Counted from the stretch's first letter, positions 27,952 to 38,511 are shown. The stretch: 64,000 nt of DNA from Candidatus Saccharimonadota bacterium (GCA_030530425.1 JAUMVA010000001.1:16132-80131), one strand, 5' to 3'. Numbers and translations are program-made. Notes: a model not told the origin generated them from the letters alone.

Positions 27952-29070
27952 TTAAAGACTCACGTCTACGACGCTACCAAATTTTAGGTATTCTAAACTT
28001 CGTTTATCTAGATCATTTTTATAATCTTGGCAAATTTGCGTAACAATTGAATCATTAAGTCGCAGATTAGTTTTCTTAAATAATCTTATTGCTCGCTCAA
28101 CCGCTAATGTATCAATCTTACCTAGTGCGTAATCCATCCTAGTCTTGTAATAACGACGAACGATTTCTTGTCGTGCAGCTGACATTACAATTTCGTCATC
28201 AATAATACCGCTCGCCACCATATTAACCCCCATATCAGTTGGTGAGCTATAGATTTCATGACCATAGATTTTAGTAAAAATTTCTCTTAAAACTGGAAAA
28301 GTTTCAATATCACGATTATAATTTACCGCTTCAATACCATATTTTGTTAAGTGATACGGATCAATCATGTTTTCATCAGCCAAGTCTAAAGTTGCCGCCT
28401 CATATGCTAGATTAACTGGATGATTTAACGGTAAATTCCACACCGGAAAAGTTTCGTATTTTGCATACCCAGCTCGTTTTCCATGTAAAAACTCATGATA
28501 AATCTGACTTAAACAGGTCGCCATTTTTCCACTCGATGGACCAGGAGCGGTCACTATTACAATTGGTCGTTTGGTTTTAATAAAACTATTCTTACCATAA
28601 CCATTTTGGCTGACTACGCGATCAACATTATTTGGATAACCATCAGTTCTAGAATGAATAGAAACCTCTAATTGATCTTGCTCAAATAGTTTAATGAATT
28701 TTTGAACTACATTTTTTTGATCACACAATGTGATAATTAAATTATTCACCAAAAAATCATTTTTTCGAAAAAATCGTACGATCCGCAAAGTTTCTTCAGT
28801 ATAACTAATCCCGGCATCACCACGCACTTTGCCGCTAATTAAATCTCTAGCTGAAACACAAACGATTATTTCAATTTGCTCGCGTAATTGTTGCAAAACT
28901 TTAATTTTTGCTCCAGCATCAAAACCAGGCAATACCCGAGCTGCGTGCAAATCATCAACAATTTTTCCACCAACTTCAAGATAAAGTTTATCAAATTGTT
29001 TAACGCGCTTCATAATTTCTGTTGTTTGCAATTGCAAATACAAATCCGCATCAAATCCATTTTTTGCCAT
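27952..29070 (-). CDS. DUF1846 (UPF0371) family protein, short form
   Basis: 372 aa. MAKNGFDADLYLQLQTTEIMKRVKQFDKLYLEVGGKI...HAARVLPGF...IVIVTAPGPSSGKMATC...YAKYETFPVWNLPLNHPVNLAYEAAT...DMGVNMV recalled as matching the conserved UPF0371 core. Lacks the C-terminal about 130 aa of Firmicutes homologs. Confidence 0.55.
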   Translation of the reverse strand: MAKNGFDADLYLQLQTTEIMKRVKQFDKLYLEVGGKIVDDLHAARVLPGFDAGAKIKVLQQLREQIEIIVCVSARDLISGKVRGDAGISYTEETLRIVRFFRKNDFLVNNLIITLCDQKNVVQKFIKLFEQDQLEVSIHSRTDGYPNNVDRVVSQNGYGKNSFIKTKRPIVIVTAPGPSSGKMATCLSQIYHEFLHGKRAGYAKYETFPVWNLPLNHPVNLAYEAATLDLADENMIDPYHLTKYGIEAVNYNRDIETFPVLREIFTKIYGHEIYSSPTDMGVNMVASGIIDDEIVMSAARQEIVRRYYKTRMDYALGKIDTLAVERAIRLFKKTNLRLNDSIVTQICQDYKNDLDKRSLEYLKFGSVVDVSL

Positions 29071-29255
29071 TTTGTCTCCCTTTTTCCAAATTAGGCAATC
29101 ATAACTCTTATGATTATTATACTTGTTTATTTTTTAAAATACAAAGCTTTATACTAAAATTACAACACTTTTAATAAAAGGTATTACTTATAAATCATTG
29201 GTTTATAATAACCGATTCTATAATTTGCTTTAAACATCTAATAATTAGGTTAAAA

Positions 29256-29290
29256 CAAAAAACTCTGGTTTTAACACTAGAGTTTTCTTT
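29256..29290. terminator. Bidirectional terminator-like hairpin downstream of tRNA-Asn
   Basis: AACTCTGGT-tttaac-ACTAGAGTT (8/9 bp) flanked by A6 upstream and TTTTCTTT downstream. Confidence 0.45.
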
Positions 29291-29321
29291 ATAAATTCGT
29301 TCTTACTTTAAATAGTTAACC

Positions 29322-29396
29322 TGGCTCTGGCGGCTGGGCTCGAACCAGCGACCCATTGGTTAACAGCCAATTGCTCTACCACTGAGCTACGCCAGA
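29322..29396 (-). tRNA. tRNA-Asn (GTT anticodon), encoded CCA
   Basis: Minus strand: TCTGGCG-TA-GCTC-AGTGGTA-GAGC-A-ATTGG-CTGTTAA-CCAAT-GGGTC-GCTGG-TTCGAGC-CCAGC-CGCCAGA-G-CCA. Perfect cloverleaf. Confidence 0.9.
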
Positions 29397-29407
29397 GTAC
29401 ATGGTTT

Positions 29408-29436
29408 ATTATAAAAAATATCTTAATAAAAGTCAA
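29408..29436 (-). promoter_or_regulatory. Consensus sigma70 promoter for tRNA-Asn
   Basis: Minus strand: TTGACT (-35), 17-nt spacer, TATAAT (-10), then about 11 nt to the tRNA 5' end. Confidence 0.55.
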
Positions 29437-29465
29437 TATTTTTATTAGTTACTATCAGTCTAGAT

Positions 29466-31013
29466 TTATTTTTTACTTTTTGCTAAAAATTTATTACTAA
29501 AATGTTTTATAAATAGGTCTTGCAATACTTTCCATTCACTAGTTCTGCCAAAAATAATCAAGAAAATAATTGTTATATAAAACGCACTAAACATCATACT
29601 AATCATCACACCCACAATTCCATCTTTTACTAAAATTGACATTGTCCAATAGTTTAATAAACAACCGCTTATAATTGCTATAAAATATTCTATTCTCATT
29701 AATAGATAACCAGCATATTTTTTCTTAAATACAGTTTTATGCAATAATAATGGTTCTAACCAATACACTGTTATTAACCGTGATACTAAAGTAGCAAGTA
29801 ATACACCACCAAATCCGAACCATACTGCAAACACAATTGATAATATAATATTAATAATTGCCATATAAAAACCAACATATTTTACTTCACGAAAAGCTCC
29901 TGATCCATCACGAAATGACCATAATGGAGCAGCTGTTGTTTGAAAATAAAATATTGCAATAATAACAACCATCACCCATATCGGAAACAACATTTTTTCT
30001 CCTAACCATAATTTTATAATTGGATTCAAACTTACTACTAACCAACTCACAATTATGCCGACCACTAAAAAAGTAATTAAATTAATTATTTTAAAGATTT
30101 GATATTGTTTATTATTATCCTTTGAAAGTGTTAAATTACCAATCGATGCCGTTAAAGACGATAATAGCGATTGAAAAAAAGTGCTAATTGTTCCGACCAC
30201 CATGTAATAATTAGAATAAATACCAACAGCAACTGCACTCGTAAACATTGAACCAATTATGTTATCTGATGTATTTATTACAACACCAGATACTTTATAT
30301 AAAAATAGTGATTTAACATCCTTAACAATTTCTTGACGATCTTTTTTAGATAATTGACCAGGTTTTTGTTTTAGGAATGGATACATTTTGTTAGCAACAA
30401 GTACCAAAATAATATTCATTCCAACCACTGATACTAGATGAATAATTAACCAACCAATATAACTTTTCCAAATTAAAAGCACACCAATCTGGATTATTGT
30501 TCGCATAATTACAAAAAGTGTATTGTAAACTTTTATAACGTAATTTTTTTGATCAGCTGTAATAATAATCGTTTTATAAATTAATAAATATGACAAACTA
30601 GTTGATAATAATAATAGTACATAATAAATTATTAACTCTGTAAAAGGAATAGTACTTTTTGTAAAAAATGGAATTAACGGAATTATCGCTATTCCACAAA
30701 TAAAAATAATTAAGGCCAGATAATTATAAATCTTCGCATAAAAACCCATTAAATCTACTATTTTTTTCTGGTTATTATCCGCTAAAGGCTTATATAAACT
30801 ATATGCAATTGCTGTCCCAAAGCCTAGGTCTAACAGAGACAAAGCTGTTAAAATGCTCTCAAACAGAGCATTAATGCCTAAGATTTCCACACCTAGAATC
30901 TTAATAAAAACCATTCGCGCAATGAATAATAAAATAAAATTAATTATTTGCGTAATTGATCCTACTATCACATTTCGAATTGAGTAGTCAGTGCGTGATA
31001 ATTGTTTAGTCAT
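29466..31013 (-). CDS. Polysaccharide biosynthesis protein / Wzx-type flippase (MOP superfamily)
   Basis: 515 aa, about 12-14 TM helices, Wzx-like organisation; first gene position of a glycan cluster. Confidence 0.7.
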   Translation of the reverse strand: MTKQLSRTDYSIRNVIVGSITQIINFILLFIARMVFIKILGVEILGINALFESILTALSLLDLGFGTAIAYSLYKPLADNNQKKIVDLMGFYAKIYNYLALIIFICGIAIIPLIPFFTKSTIPFTELIIYYVLLLLSTSLSYLLIYKTIIITADQKNYVIKVYNTLFVIMRTIIQIGVLLIWKSYIGWLIIHLVSVVGMNIILVLVANKMYPFLKQKPGQLSKKDRQEIVKDVKSLFLYKVSGVVINTSDNIIGSMFTSAVAVGIYSNYYMVVGTISTFFQSLLSSLTASIGNLTLSKDNNKQYQIFKIINLITFLVVGIIVSWLVVSLNPIIKLWLGEKMLFPIWVMVVIIAIFYFQTTAAPLWSFRDGSGAFREVKYVGFYMAIINIILSIVFAVWFGFGGVLLATLVSRLITVYWLEPLLLHKTVFKKKYAGYLLMRIEYFIAIISGCLLNYWTMSILVKDGIVGVMISMMFSAFYITIIFLIIFGRTSEWKVLQDLFIKHFSNKFLAKSKK

Positions 31014-32140
31014 TAATTATATATTCCTTACTAATTTTAAATTCGGCATCTAATCCAGTAACTTTTTTGACAATATAATTTACATCTTTTTGTAGTTGAG
31101 TTGATTTGATTAATTTTATTCTTTCAATTTCTTCAATTGGTATTACACGCGCTAAACCATCGACAATATGATTTTTAAAAATTGAAAAACTAACTTTTTG
31201 AATTTTTACTTTGTTATTAATTTTATCAATATCAACATTTAGCATGATAGAATATTCGGCCTTTAGGTTCCTAACTGCTTTAATCGGTAAGCTTTCGGAA
31301 TCAGAATGATAAATAAAATTACCTAATGACATCGCACAAATAGAGTTATTTTTATAAGTTACGATTGGGTGAATGACATGTTCATGACAAGCGGCAACAA
31401 TGTCAGCCCCAGCTCGAACCAATTTATTAGCTACCCATTTAGTATAAGTTTCTGGCATAATATTGTATTGACCACCAACATGAAGATTCATTGCTATAAT
31501 TTGAGCACCAGCTCGACGACATTTTTTTACTTCATTTAGCATTTTAAACATCTTAATTGGTGCCCTCAAACAAAAAACCCTTTGCTGTATTTTATTTATT
31601 AGCCTTCGCCCAATTTGCCATTTTTTTTAATATTCGCTCTTGATGATTAAAAATATTAACCAAATTCTTATTATTTTTATTAAGTTTAACTTGATTTACT
31701 TGATAGTTAGTACCATAGGTATACGATAAAAATCCAACTTTTATATCTTTTATGTTATAGATTTTAAACTTTGGCGATTGTTGTGATAAGTTAATACCTA
31801 AATTATCTAATTTAATATCATTCAAAGCTTGCACAGTAGCCCTTACACCATCTGTTCCTCGATCTAAACAGTGATTATTTGCTAACGAAACCAAATTAAA
31901 ACCTGCCTTTTTAATTGCCTGAACAAATTCAATTGGTGAATTAAATGACCATTTATGATCAGTAATTCCTGCGTCTTTTCCAGCTACTGGTGATTCCAAA
32001 TTACCTACCAAAAAATCACTCTCAGTTAATTTATCGTTTGCAAAACTAAAAATTGTATCAAAAGTAGCATCAGCTTTTTTGATAGAATTAATATGCTCTT
32101 TACTACACATTAAATCACCGACAAACGATATTCTAATCAT
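31006..32140 (-). pseudogene. CapA/PGA_cap-family metallophosphatase-like protein split into two ORFs (N-half 31592..32140, C-half 31006..31569) in different frames
   Basis: N-half MIRISFVGDLMC...GFNLVSLANNHCLDRGTDG and C-half ...AQIIAMNLHVGGQY...DIVAACHEHVIHP together form one CapA-like protein (about 370 aa). The frames differ by 1. The junction is A/T-rich (AATAAATAAAATACAGCAAAGGGTTTTTTTG). The C-half would need a TTG start. Confidence 0.55.
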
Positions 32141-33427
32141 TTAATTACCTTTTATAATATTTTTAATTTTTCGTGGAATTAATTTTCGCATCGTTTTATC
32201 AATAATTGTAATACGATGTTTAATTTGTTTACTAAACTTGTTATTAATTTTATTAAAATCAACTTCTTTTAACCAGTTGATGTTATCGGATTTGCGTTTA
32301 AATTGCGGGTCATTTTTGATCAAACTAGCTTGAGCGCCAGTCCAATCAGCCCTTAAATTTTCAGTCAACCAAAATTTATTAATAATAAAATCTTTTGCAT
32401 AATTACCATCGAATTTTTCTAAAGATAACCCTACTACGTCACCACCTTCGGCTAAAAACTCACAAGCTGTTCTCATACATTTTTCACATTTGCCGCAATT
32501 CTTTGCACCCTGACTTTTCCAACAAACTTTTATCGGTAAATTGCCAATTTCTGGATGATTATTTTTAAAGCAATAAATATTTTTGACTTTAGCTTGACGA
32601 GTTTTGTCATAGCCATTGTGTACGGTTCTATTTCCAGCAATAGTAAAGTGTTCGTCAATAGTTGGGTCGGATGCGCAAGGGACAGTGTTACCATAAGTAA
32701 AGCTAGCTGCAATATGAAGTTCCGCAATATTATACTTAAAAATCAATGGTGCTGCATGACCAAGAATGCCAATGCCATGCTGAAAACCATGCCACCACAT
32801 ATCTCCAGCCGACTTTTCCACTAAACTATCTAAAACGCTCTCATTAATAAAAGTTCTGAAATTACTTTTTATCAAGGAATACTTCAGTTGAAACAAATCT
32901 GCAACATATTTAGTGTGATTTGATTTTTCTGTCCAACCATCAACATCATCAAGTTTTACATCAGCCCCCCATAAGGTTATCAGTCTTGGTGACATTTGAT
33001 TATCCAGCATAGTAATTAATGATGATGTTGCATCAACTCCACCACTAAAGAGTAACGCCGATTCAGAACAATTATCAGCTAGTTTATTTTTTATAATATT
33101 TTTAGCTATTAATTTACCACCAAATTTTATCTTTGGATACATTTGTTGGTATCCATGTTTAATATCTTTTAATTGATTTAAAAAATCTTCATCAATTTCA
33201 TCAACTTCAATTATCGCATCATAGACCCAGGCAATTGGTAAGATATTTGTCAAAAATGGTATCACCGCGATTGATTTAGGCGCAGTCGAAATATCTTCAA
33301 AATAATCAATTTGCATTTTTTGACTACGAAATACTTCAGCTACTTTACCGGTAACTTGATAATCATAAAGTATTTTTGAATTATCAAGTTTAATATTTTT
33401 AACAACGATTGAGTTATTTTTTAACAT
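32141..33427 (-). CDS. PP-loop ATPase-type protein, putative N-acetyl sugar amidotransferase-like (WbuX/WbpG-like)
   Basis: 428 aa; SGGVDATSSL PP-loop-like motif and C-terminal CGKCEKCMRTACEF Cys cluster; sits in the glycan cluster. Family assignment tentative. Confidence 0.4.
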   Translation of the reverse strand: MLKNNSIVVKNIKLDNSKILYDYQVTGKVAEVFRSQKMQIDYFEDISTAPKSIAVIPFLTNILPIAWVYDAIIEVDEIDEDFLNQLKDIKHGYQQMYPKIKFGGKLIAKNIIKNKLADNCSESALLFSGGVDATSSLITMLDNQMSPRLITLWGADVKLDDVDGWTEKSNHTKYVADLFQLKYSLIKSNFRTFINESVLDSLVEKSAGDMWWHGFQHGIGILGHAAPLIFKYNIAELHIAASFTYGNTVPCASDPTIDEHFTIAGNRTVHNGYDKTRQAKVKNIYCFKNNHPEIGNLPIKVCWKSQGAKNCGKCEKCMRTACEFLAEGGDVVGLSLEKFDGNYAKDFIINKFWLTENLRADWTGAQASLIKNDPQFKRKSDNINWLKEVDFNKINNKFSKQIKHRITIIDKTMRKLIPRKIKNIIKGN

Positions 33428-34470
33428 TTTATTTTTTCTTTCAAATTATTCCATTTACCACTTAAATCTACTAAATCCTGTTTAGTATTCACTACTTTAT
33501 TAATTTTAGACTTTAGTTGATCTATATCTTCACAAAATTCAATAAATTTAGTTTGTTTGATCCATTCATAAGTTCCGCTAACTTTATAATTATAGTTTGA
33601 AAAGACTACACATGGGGTTTTTGTTAACCAAGCAAAAACCATACCATGTAAGCGATCAGTTACGACTATCTCTGCTTGAGAAAATTGTCGCCATTTTCGA
33701 TAAAGCAAAATTATTCTATCCCAATTAGTTAAAATAATTTTATAATTTGACATCGTATCAGATATATTTACTTTCTTAAACTTTTTCTGAAGTAAATCAA
33801 TAATTTGCCGATCATTAACGTTTTTGGTTTTTTCAACATCACTTCGTAAACACGTCATTGCACCACAACGTTGTTCGTTTATTGATAAATTAGTCATTGA
33901 TAAAACAATATCTGGCGTCAATAAAACTTCATTAGCTTTAAAATATTCTTTCATTAACTGATATGTTTTTTGTTCACGGGCGATTAAAGTTAAATCCTTG
34001 TGATATGAATATTGTTTAATTGTTTGTTTTAACATTTTTTGAGCCTGAACAGTGTCTCTAAAAAACATTGTTTGCGGAAAAATTATAATTTTATTATTAG
34101 GAAAATTTTTTATAATTTCCCTTCTAGCTAACTCTTCATTAGGGTACTGATCACCCATATTACCACCACCATGACCAAAAATTATATCATTAGATTGAAT
34201 ATATTTTTTTATTTTTTTTAAACTATGAGCAAATAAAACTCCACCAGATAGATTTAAACAAATCACTTTAGCTTTTTGTGCATTTCGTTTTAAGAATTTA
34301 ATTTCTGCTACTGCAATAGCTTGATCACCAAGATTATTGTGAATTGGGATACCAGCAATTAAAAAAATTCGCTTTTTAAATAAACGTGCAATTTTAATTT
34401 GTAAAATTATGATTGTCGTTTCATATAATAAGATTATTTTCCAAAAAAGTTTTAACATCAATGATCTCAT
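33421..34470 (-). CDS. Polysaccharide pyruvyl transferase family protein
   Basis: 349 aa; GIPIHNNLGDQAI..., GGGNMGDQYP, VVTDRLHGMVFAWLTKTPCV motifs typical of CsaB/WcaK-like pyruvyl transferases. Confidence 0.65.
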   Translation of the reverse strand: MRSLMLKLFWKIILLYETTIIILQIKIARLFKKRIFLIAGIPIHNNLGDQAIAVAEIKFLKRNAQKAKVICLNLSGGVLFAHSLKKIKKYIQSNDIIFGHGGGNMGDQYPNEELARREIIKNFPNNKIIIFPQTMFFRDTVQAQKMLKQTIKQYSYHKDLTLIAREQKTYQLMKEYFKANEVLLTPDIVLSMTNLSINEQRCGAMTCLRSDVEKTKNVNDRQIIDLLQKKFKKVNISDTMSNYKIILTNWDRIILLYRKWRQFSQAEIVVTDRLHGMVFAWLTKTPCVVFSNYNYKVSGTYEWIKQTKFIEFCEDIDQLKSKINKVVNTKQDLVDLSGKWNNLKEKIKC

Positions 34471-34472
34471 TT

Positions 34473-35519
34473 TTATCCTACTCGTTTCTTAATTTTAATA
34501 AAAGTTTCATCCATTATTCTATATAGTCCAGGAAAAAACGATAATTTTAGTCGCAGTCTATCTTTAAAACGTAAATATTGATTATTGGTTATATTTGAAT
34601 TTAAAAAATGTAAATCCTGCATTGCTTTTGACCATATTTTTTTATATTTGATAACTGAATTACTAGCATGCAAACGATTTAATAAAGTAATATAGCTCAT
34701 CATTAAATTATATTCCGCTGCATCAACTATTTCTGGCATTTTACGTCTAATAAAATCTAGACTTTGTTTTGCTGCCTCAACTGCGTCTAAACGTTTCTCA
34801 CTAAATTTTTCTGCCATAATACTATTATCTCGTTGAAAATAATTATAAAGCGGTTGATTAATATAAACAATTTTTTTCGCATAGAAATAAGTTTTATAGG
34901 TTGTAAAATTATCTTCATGAATCTTACCTTTTGGAAAACAAATTTGATGTTTTTGAAATAACTTAGTTTTATAAATTTTATTCCAAGTCATTACTTTACC
35001 ATATTGTTGATAAGTTAGAAGATCTATTAGAGCTTGTCGATTGCTCATGATTTTTTGATCTTCATTAGTTAAAACCGGCTGCAATCGGCCATCTGGATAC
35101 ACATATTTAAACGAACAAATTGCAATATCAGCATCATTATTTTGTGCTGCGGATAACAACCTTTCAATATAATCTGATTCCAGCCAATCATCACCGTCTA
35201 CAAACACAATCCACTCACCATTAGCAACTTTTAAACCAGCGTTACGAGCATCTGATAAACCACCATTCTGCTTATTTATCATATTAATTCGAGCGTCATG
35301 TTTAGCATATTCATAACAAATTGCTGAAGAATTATCTGGTGACTCATCATCAACTAAAATAATCTCAAGATCTTTATAAGTCTGATTAATTATACTATCA
35401 ATACATCTTGATAAGATTTTTTCAATATTATAAATTGGAACAACTACACTGACCATTTTCTTTTTACCAATGATATTTTTCTTGCGATCGAGCAGGCGCA
35501 GGCAAATACGAACTAGCAA
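34473..35519 (-). CDS. Family 2 glycosyltransferase
   Basis: VSVVVPIYNIEKILSRCIDSIINQTYKDLEIILVDDESPDNS...VDGDDW. The true start is probably the internal MVSVVVP (about 35456), which removes the overlap with the wzy-like gene. Confidence 0.85.
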   Translation of the reverse strand: MLVRICLRLLDRKKNIIGKKKMVSVVVPIYNIEKILSRCIDSIINQTYKDLEIILVDDESPDNSSAICYEYAKHDARINMINKQNGGLSDARNAGLKVANGEWIVFVDGDDWLESDYIERLLSAAQNNDADIAICSFKYVYPDGRLQPVLTNEDQKIMSNRQALIDLLTYQQYGKVMTWNKIYKTKLFQKHQICFPKGKIHEDNFTTYKTYFYAKKIVYINQPLYNYFQRDNSIMAEKFSEKRLDAVEAAKQSLDFIRRKMPEIVDAAEYNLMMSYITLLNRLHASNSVIKYKKIWSKAMQDLHFLNSNITNNQYLRFKDRLRLKLSFFPGLYRIMDETFIKIKKRVG

Positions 35520-36780
35520 CGATCATTAAGCTTATTACAAAACCAGAGTTAGCCATAATTGCCCTAGCTTTGATTTGAAAAATTAACAATGCTAAAATCA
35601 TAAAAATTACTATTGATATCATTCTTTTATCCATCATCGCAATTTTACTAAATATAAAGATTACTATACTACTCAAGAAGGCAAAACCTATTCCTCCTAA
35701 TAACCATATATCATTTACATAACCAACATCAGAATGCTTATAACCAGGTACTTGATAAATACTATGGCCACTGCCAAATACTAATTCTTTTCCAGATGGC
35801 AAAAACCAAAATCTATCACTAAATAAATTATTTGCGGTATTATCTTTGACTATAGTTTTACCATTATCTCCAAAAAATTTTATCATTATTGAATAAAAAT
35901 CATGATACAACCAATAATATGTTACTGGCTGTTTAGCCTTTAAGAAATTTAAACTTAACGGCGTCATCAAAGCTATAGCAATCGCAACAGCAACAGCGAT
36001 AAGTTTTAATTTTTTACTACCAGTGATAACCATCCAACCTAAAACAATAATTACTCCTAAAATTCCAATAAAAATACCTGTTCTCGCATTAAAAAATGCT
36101 AAAACTAAAAATCCAGGAATTAAAATCAACATCTGGTATTTTTTCCGCATAAAAGCTATAAATGCGGCTAAACCAGTTGCAATACCAACACCATAGCCAA
36201 AAGTATCTAATAAGTTGTTAGCAAAGCCATAAAATCTTCGCTCAACATGATATCTATTAAGCAATACAGCATCACCAGTATTCATATACATAACAGTTAC
36301 TAAATATTGTTTAAAAGCTGGGATTATAATTGCTAAAATACAAATTATTAACTGAATAATAAAGGCCCATATTATCAATTCCAAAAAATCGAACTTAGTT
36401 AAGAAATGCTTTTTAGCAAATAATATTAAATAAGTTATATAGATTCCAACACAACCTAAAATACCAAAACGATATATTGTAATTAGATAATCTTTCCAGA
36501 ATATAAAACCGTTTGAAATAATTGATGCGATAATTATTGTTATTAAATAAAACATAAAAACGATTATTATCATTAAAAACCACCATGGAATTTGTTTAAT
36601 TAAACTAACGAAGTCTTTTCTATATTTAGCAAATATTAATATTCCGAGTATTAAAGATACCGGTATTATAATATTGATTTGAGGAATTATTGGTGGAGCA
36701 AAAATCAAGATGAACATTAAAAATACTAGCCATAGTTGACTCTTAAATTTATCTCTGACTTTTAATTTGAAAAAACTCAT
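35464..36780 (-). CDS. Wzy-type polymerase / O-antigen ligase-like polytopic membrane protein
   Basis: 438 aa, about 10-12 TM helices with a large loop near the C-terminal third; context between glycosyltransferases. Confidence 0.55.
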   Translation of the reverse strand: MSFFKLKVRDKFKSQLWLVFLMFILIFAPPIIPQINIIIPVSLILGILIFAKYRKDFVSLIKQIPWWFLMIIIVFMFYLITIIIASIISNGFIFWKDYLITIYRFGILGCVGIYITYLILFAKKHFLTKFDFLELIIWAFIIQLIICILAIIIPAFKQYLVTVMYMNTGDAVLLNRYHVERRFYGFANNLLDTFGYGVGIATGLAAFIAFMRKKYQMLILIPGFLVLAFFNARTGIFIGILGVIIVLGWMVITGSKKLKLIAVAVAIAIALMTPLSLNFLKAKQPVTYYWLYHDFYSIMIKFFGDNGKTIVKDNTANNLFSDRFWFLPSGKELVFGSGHSIYQVPGYKHSDVGYVNDIWLLGGIGFAFLSSIVIFIFSKIAMMDKRMISIVIFMILALLIFQIKARAIMANSGFVISLMIVASSYLPAPARSQEKYHW

Positions 36781-37580
36781 TTTAACCTCGCTTTAATTAA
36801 TGATAATTGCCATCTAAATAATAATAAACTTTTTAAAATCCAATTAATTAAATTTTGATTTTCTGTAACCATTTGATTTAAGGCATTACGACGTTGATTT
36901 CGATAAAATTGATTCTTGCGATTATTAAAAGCCGTTCCTCGTGGTGAATAATTATATTGGTATAGAGCTTGATCTATCATTGTTAAACTGTTAATTTTAG
37001 TAATATAATTCATTACAAAAATTGTATCTTCACCATATTTTACCTTAGTATCAAATTTAAGTTTCATTTGATTAATAATATTTCGTTTAAATAACTTACA
37101 GTATGGCCCATAAAATATATTTTGTTTTAATAAAGATCGCAGAACGTAACGAATAATTTTATTATTTTTTAAAATTACTCTTTGTTTAGGAATAATCTTT
37201 TTATTATTCAATTTCATCCCGCACACTACCATATCTGAGTTATTTTTTTGTTGTTTATTAATCATTGTTTTAATAATATTGTGCTTAAAGTCATCGTCAG
37301 CATCAAAAAACATTACGAAATCACCAGTCGACTTTTTTAAACCAAAATTGCGTGCCGCACTAGGACCTTGATTTTTCTGAGTAATTATTTTAGCCCGTTG
37401 ATCATCACCAACTGTAAGTTTAATCTTTTGAAGACTGTTATCAGTTGAACCATCATTAATAATAATTAATTCGATATTTTGATAAGTTTGCTTTAATAAT
37501 TTGATAATAATTTTATCGATAGTTGATTCAGCATTATAAACTGGGATAATTATACTAATAAGTGGTGATTGCTGTTTCAT
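36777..37580 (-). CDS. Family 2 glycosyltransferase
   Basis: 267 aa; ISIIIPVYNAESTIDKII...INDGSTDNS...FFDADDD motifs. Confidence 0.8.
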   Translation of the reverse strand: MKQQSPLISIIIPVYNAESTIDKIIIKLLKQTYQNIELIIINDGSTDNSLQKIKLTVGDDQRAKIITQKNQGPSAARNFGLKKSTGDFVMFFDADDDFKHNIIKTMINKQQKNNSDMVVCGMKLNNKKIIPKQRVILKNNKIIRYVLRSLLKQNIFYGPYCKLFKRNIINQMKLKFDTKVKYGEDTIFVMNYITKINSLTMIDQALYQYNYSPRGTAFNNRKNQFYRNQRRNALNQMVTENQNLINWILKSLLLFRWQLSLIKARLK

Positions 37581-37581
37581 C

Positions 37582-38358
37582 TTAAAATCTCCTCATAATC
37601 GCATCAAAAACATAAAAATACATATGATATAAGCTTCTAAAAAAGCCTAGTTTTTCAAATTCATAATAAATCGACCACCGTGCCAAAGCTGCTTCTTTTT
37701 TGTTTGAACTCAAAGTTTTATCTTTATTTGTTCGCCAATAAAATGCCAAATTTTTTTGAACACCAATAACTTTATGACCAGCTTTTAAAATACTTAACCA
37801 TAAAATTAAATCTTCGCCAATTTTAATATCTGGCATTCTTATTTGATTTCTATCGATTTTTTTAGTATCAATTAAAACCGTTCCAGTCCAAATTCGACTT
37901 CTTTTAAGAAGTTGTCGATAAGTAGTAGTTATTGGCACAACAACTCTTTTTAGAATAATTTTTAAACCATTCTCGGTTAATGAAGTAAATGAATAATTAC
38001 CATAACATAAAGTTGCAGCTGATTTATTTATAACTTTAATTTGAATTTGCAATTTATCTTTTTCCCACCAATCATCAGAATCCAAAAAAGCAATATATCG
38101 ACCAATTGAATTTTAAATACCAATATTACGCGATATTGCAGCACCAAGATTGTTTTTATTAACAATTAACTTAATTTGTTTATTTTTAGACACCCATTTT
38201 TTAGCAATTTTTAAAGAATTATCAGTTGATTTATCATCAATTAAAATAATTTCCCAATCAGTGTAAGTTTGATTAACAACTGACTCAATTGCTCTATTTA
38301 AATAAGCCTCACTATTATAAAACGGAATTATAACACTAACTGTCTGATTTTTAGCCAT
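37582..38358 (-). pseudogene. Family 2 glycosyltransferase interrupted by a single in-frame TAA (38113-38115)
   Basis: ORFs 38113..38358 and 37582..38085 are in the same frame. The read-through translation is ...AAISRNIGI*NSIGRYIAFLDSDDWWEKDK..., a continuous GT2 N-terminal motif block (DxD follows the stop). Confidence 0.65.
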
Positions 38359-38511
38359 ATATTACTCCATAAACAGACAGCGAGAAATTAACTTTTTTAA
38401 AAGCAATTTTAACTAGATAGTGTTTTTCACCTAAAAAATTCATCTCGTATTTTAACTCTAATTTATTCTATTTTATTATATCATATTTTATTTAAAAATA
38501 CAATACTTATA

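Noticed and set aside
38086-38112. Treating the 27-nt gap between the two GT2 ORFs as an intergenic spacer between two genes
   Set aside because: The two ORFs are in the same frame, and the 9 intervening codons (NSIGRYIAF) continue the GT2 motif straight into LDSDDWW, so it is one gene with an internal stop.
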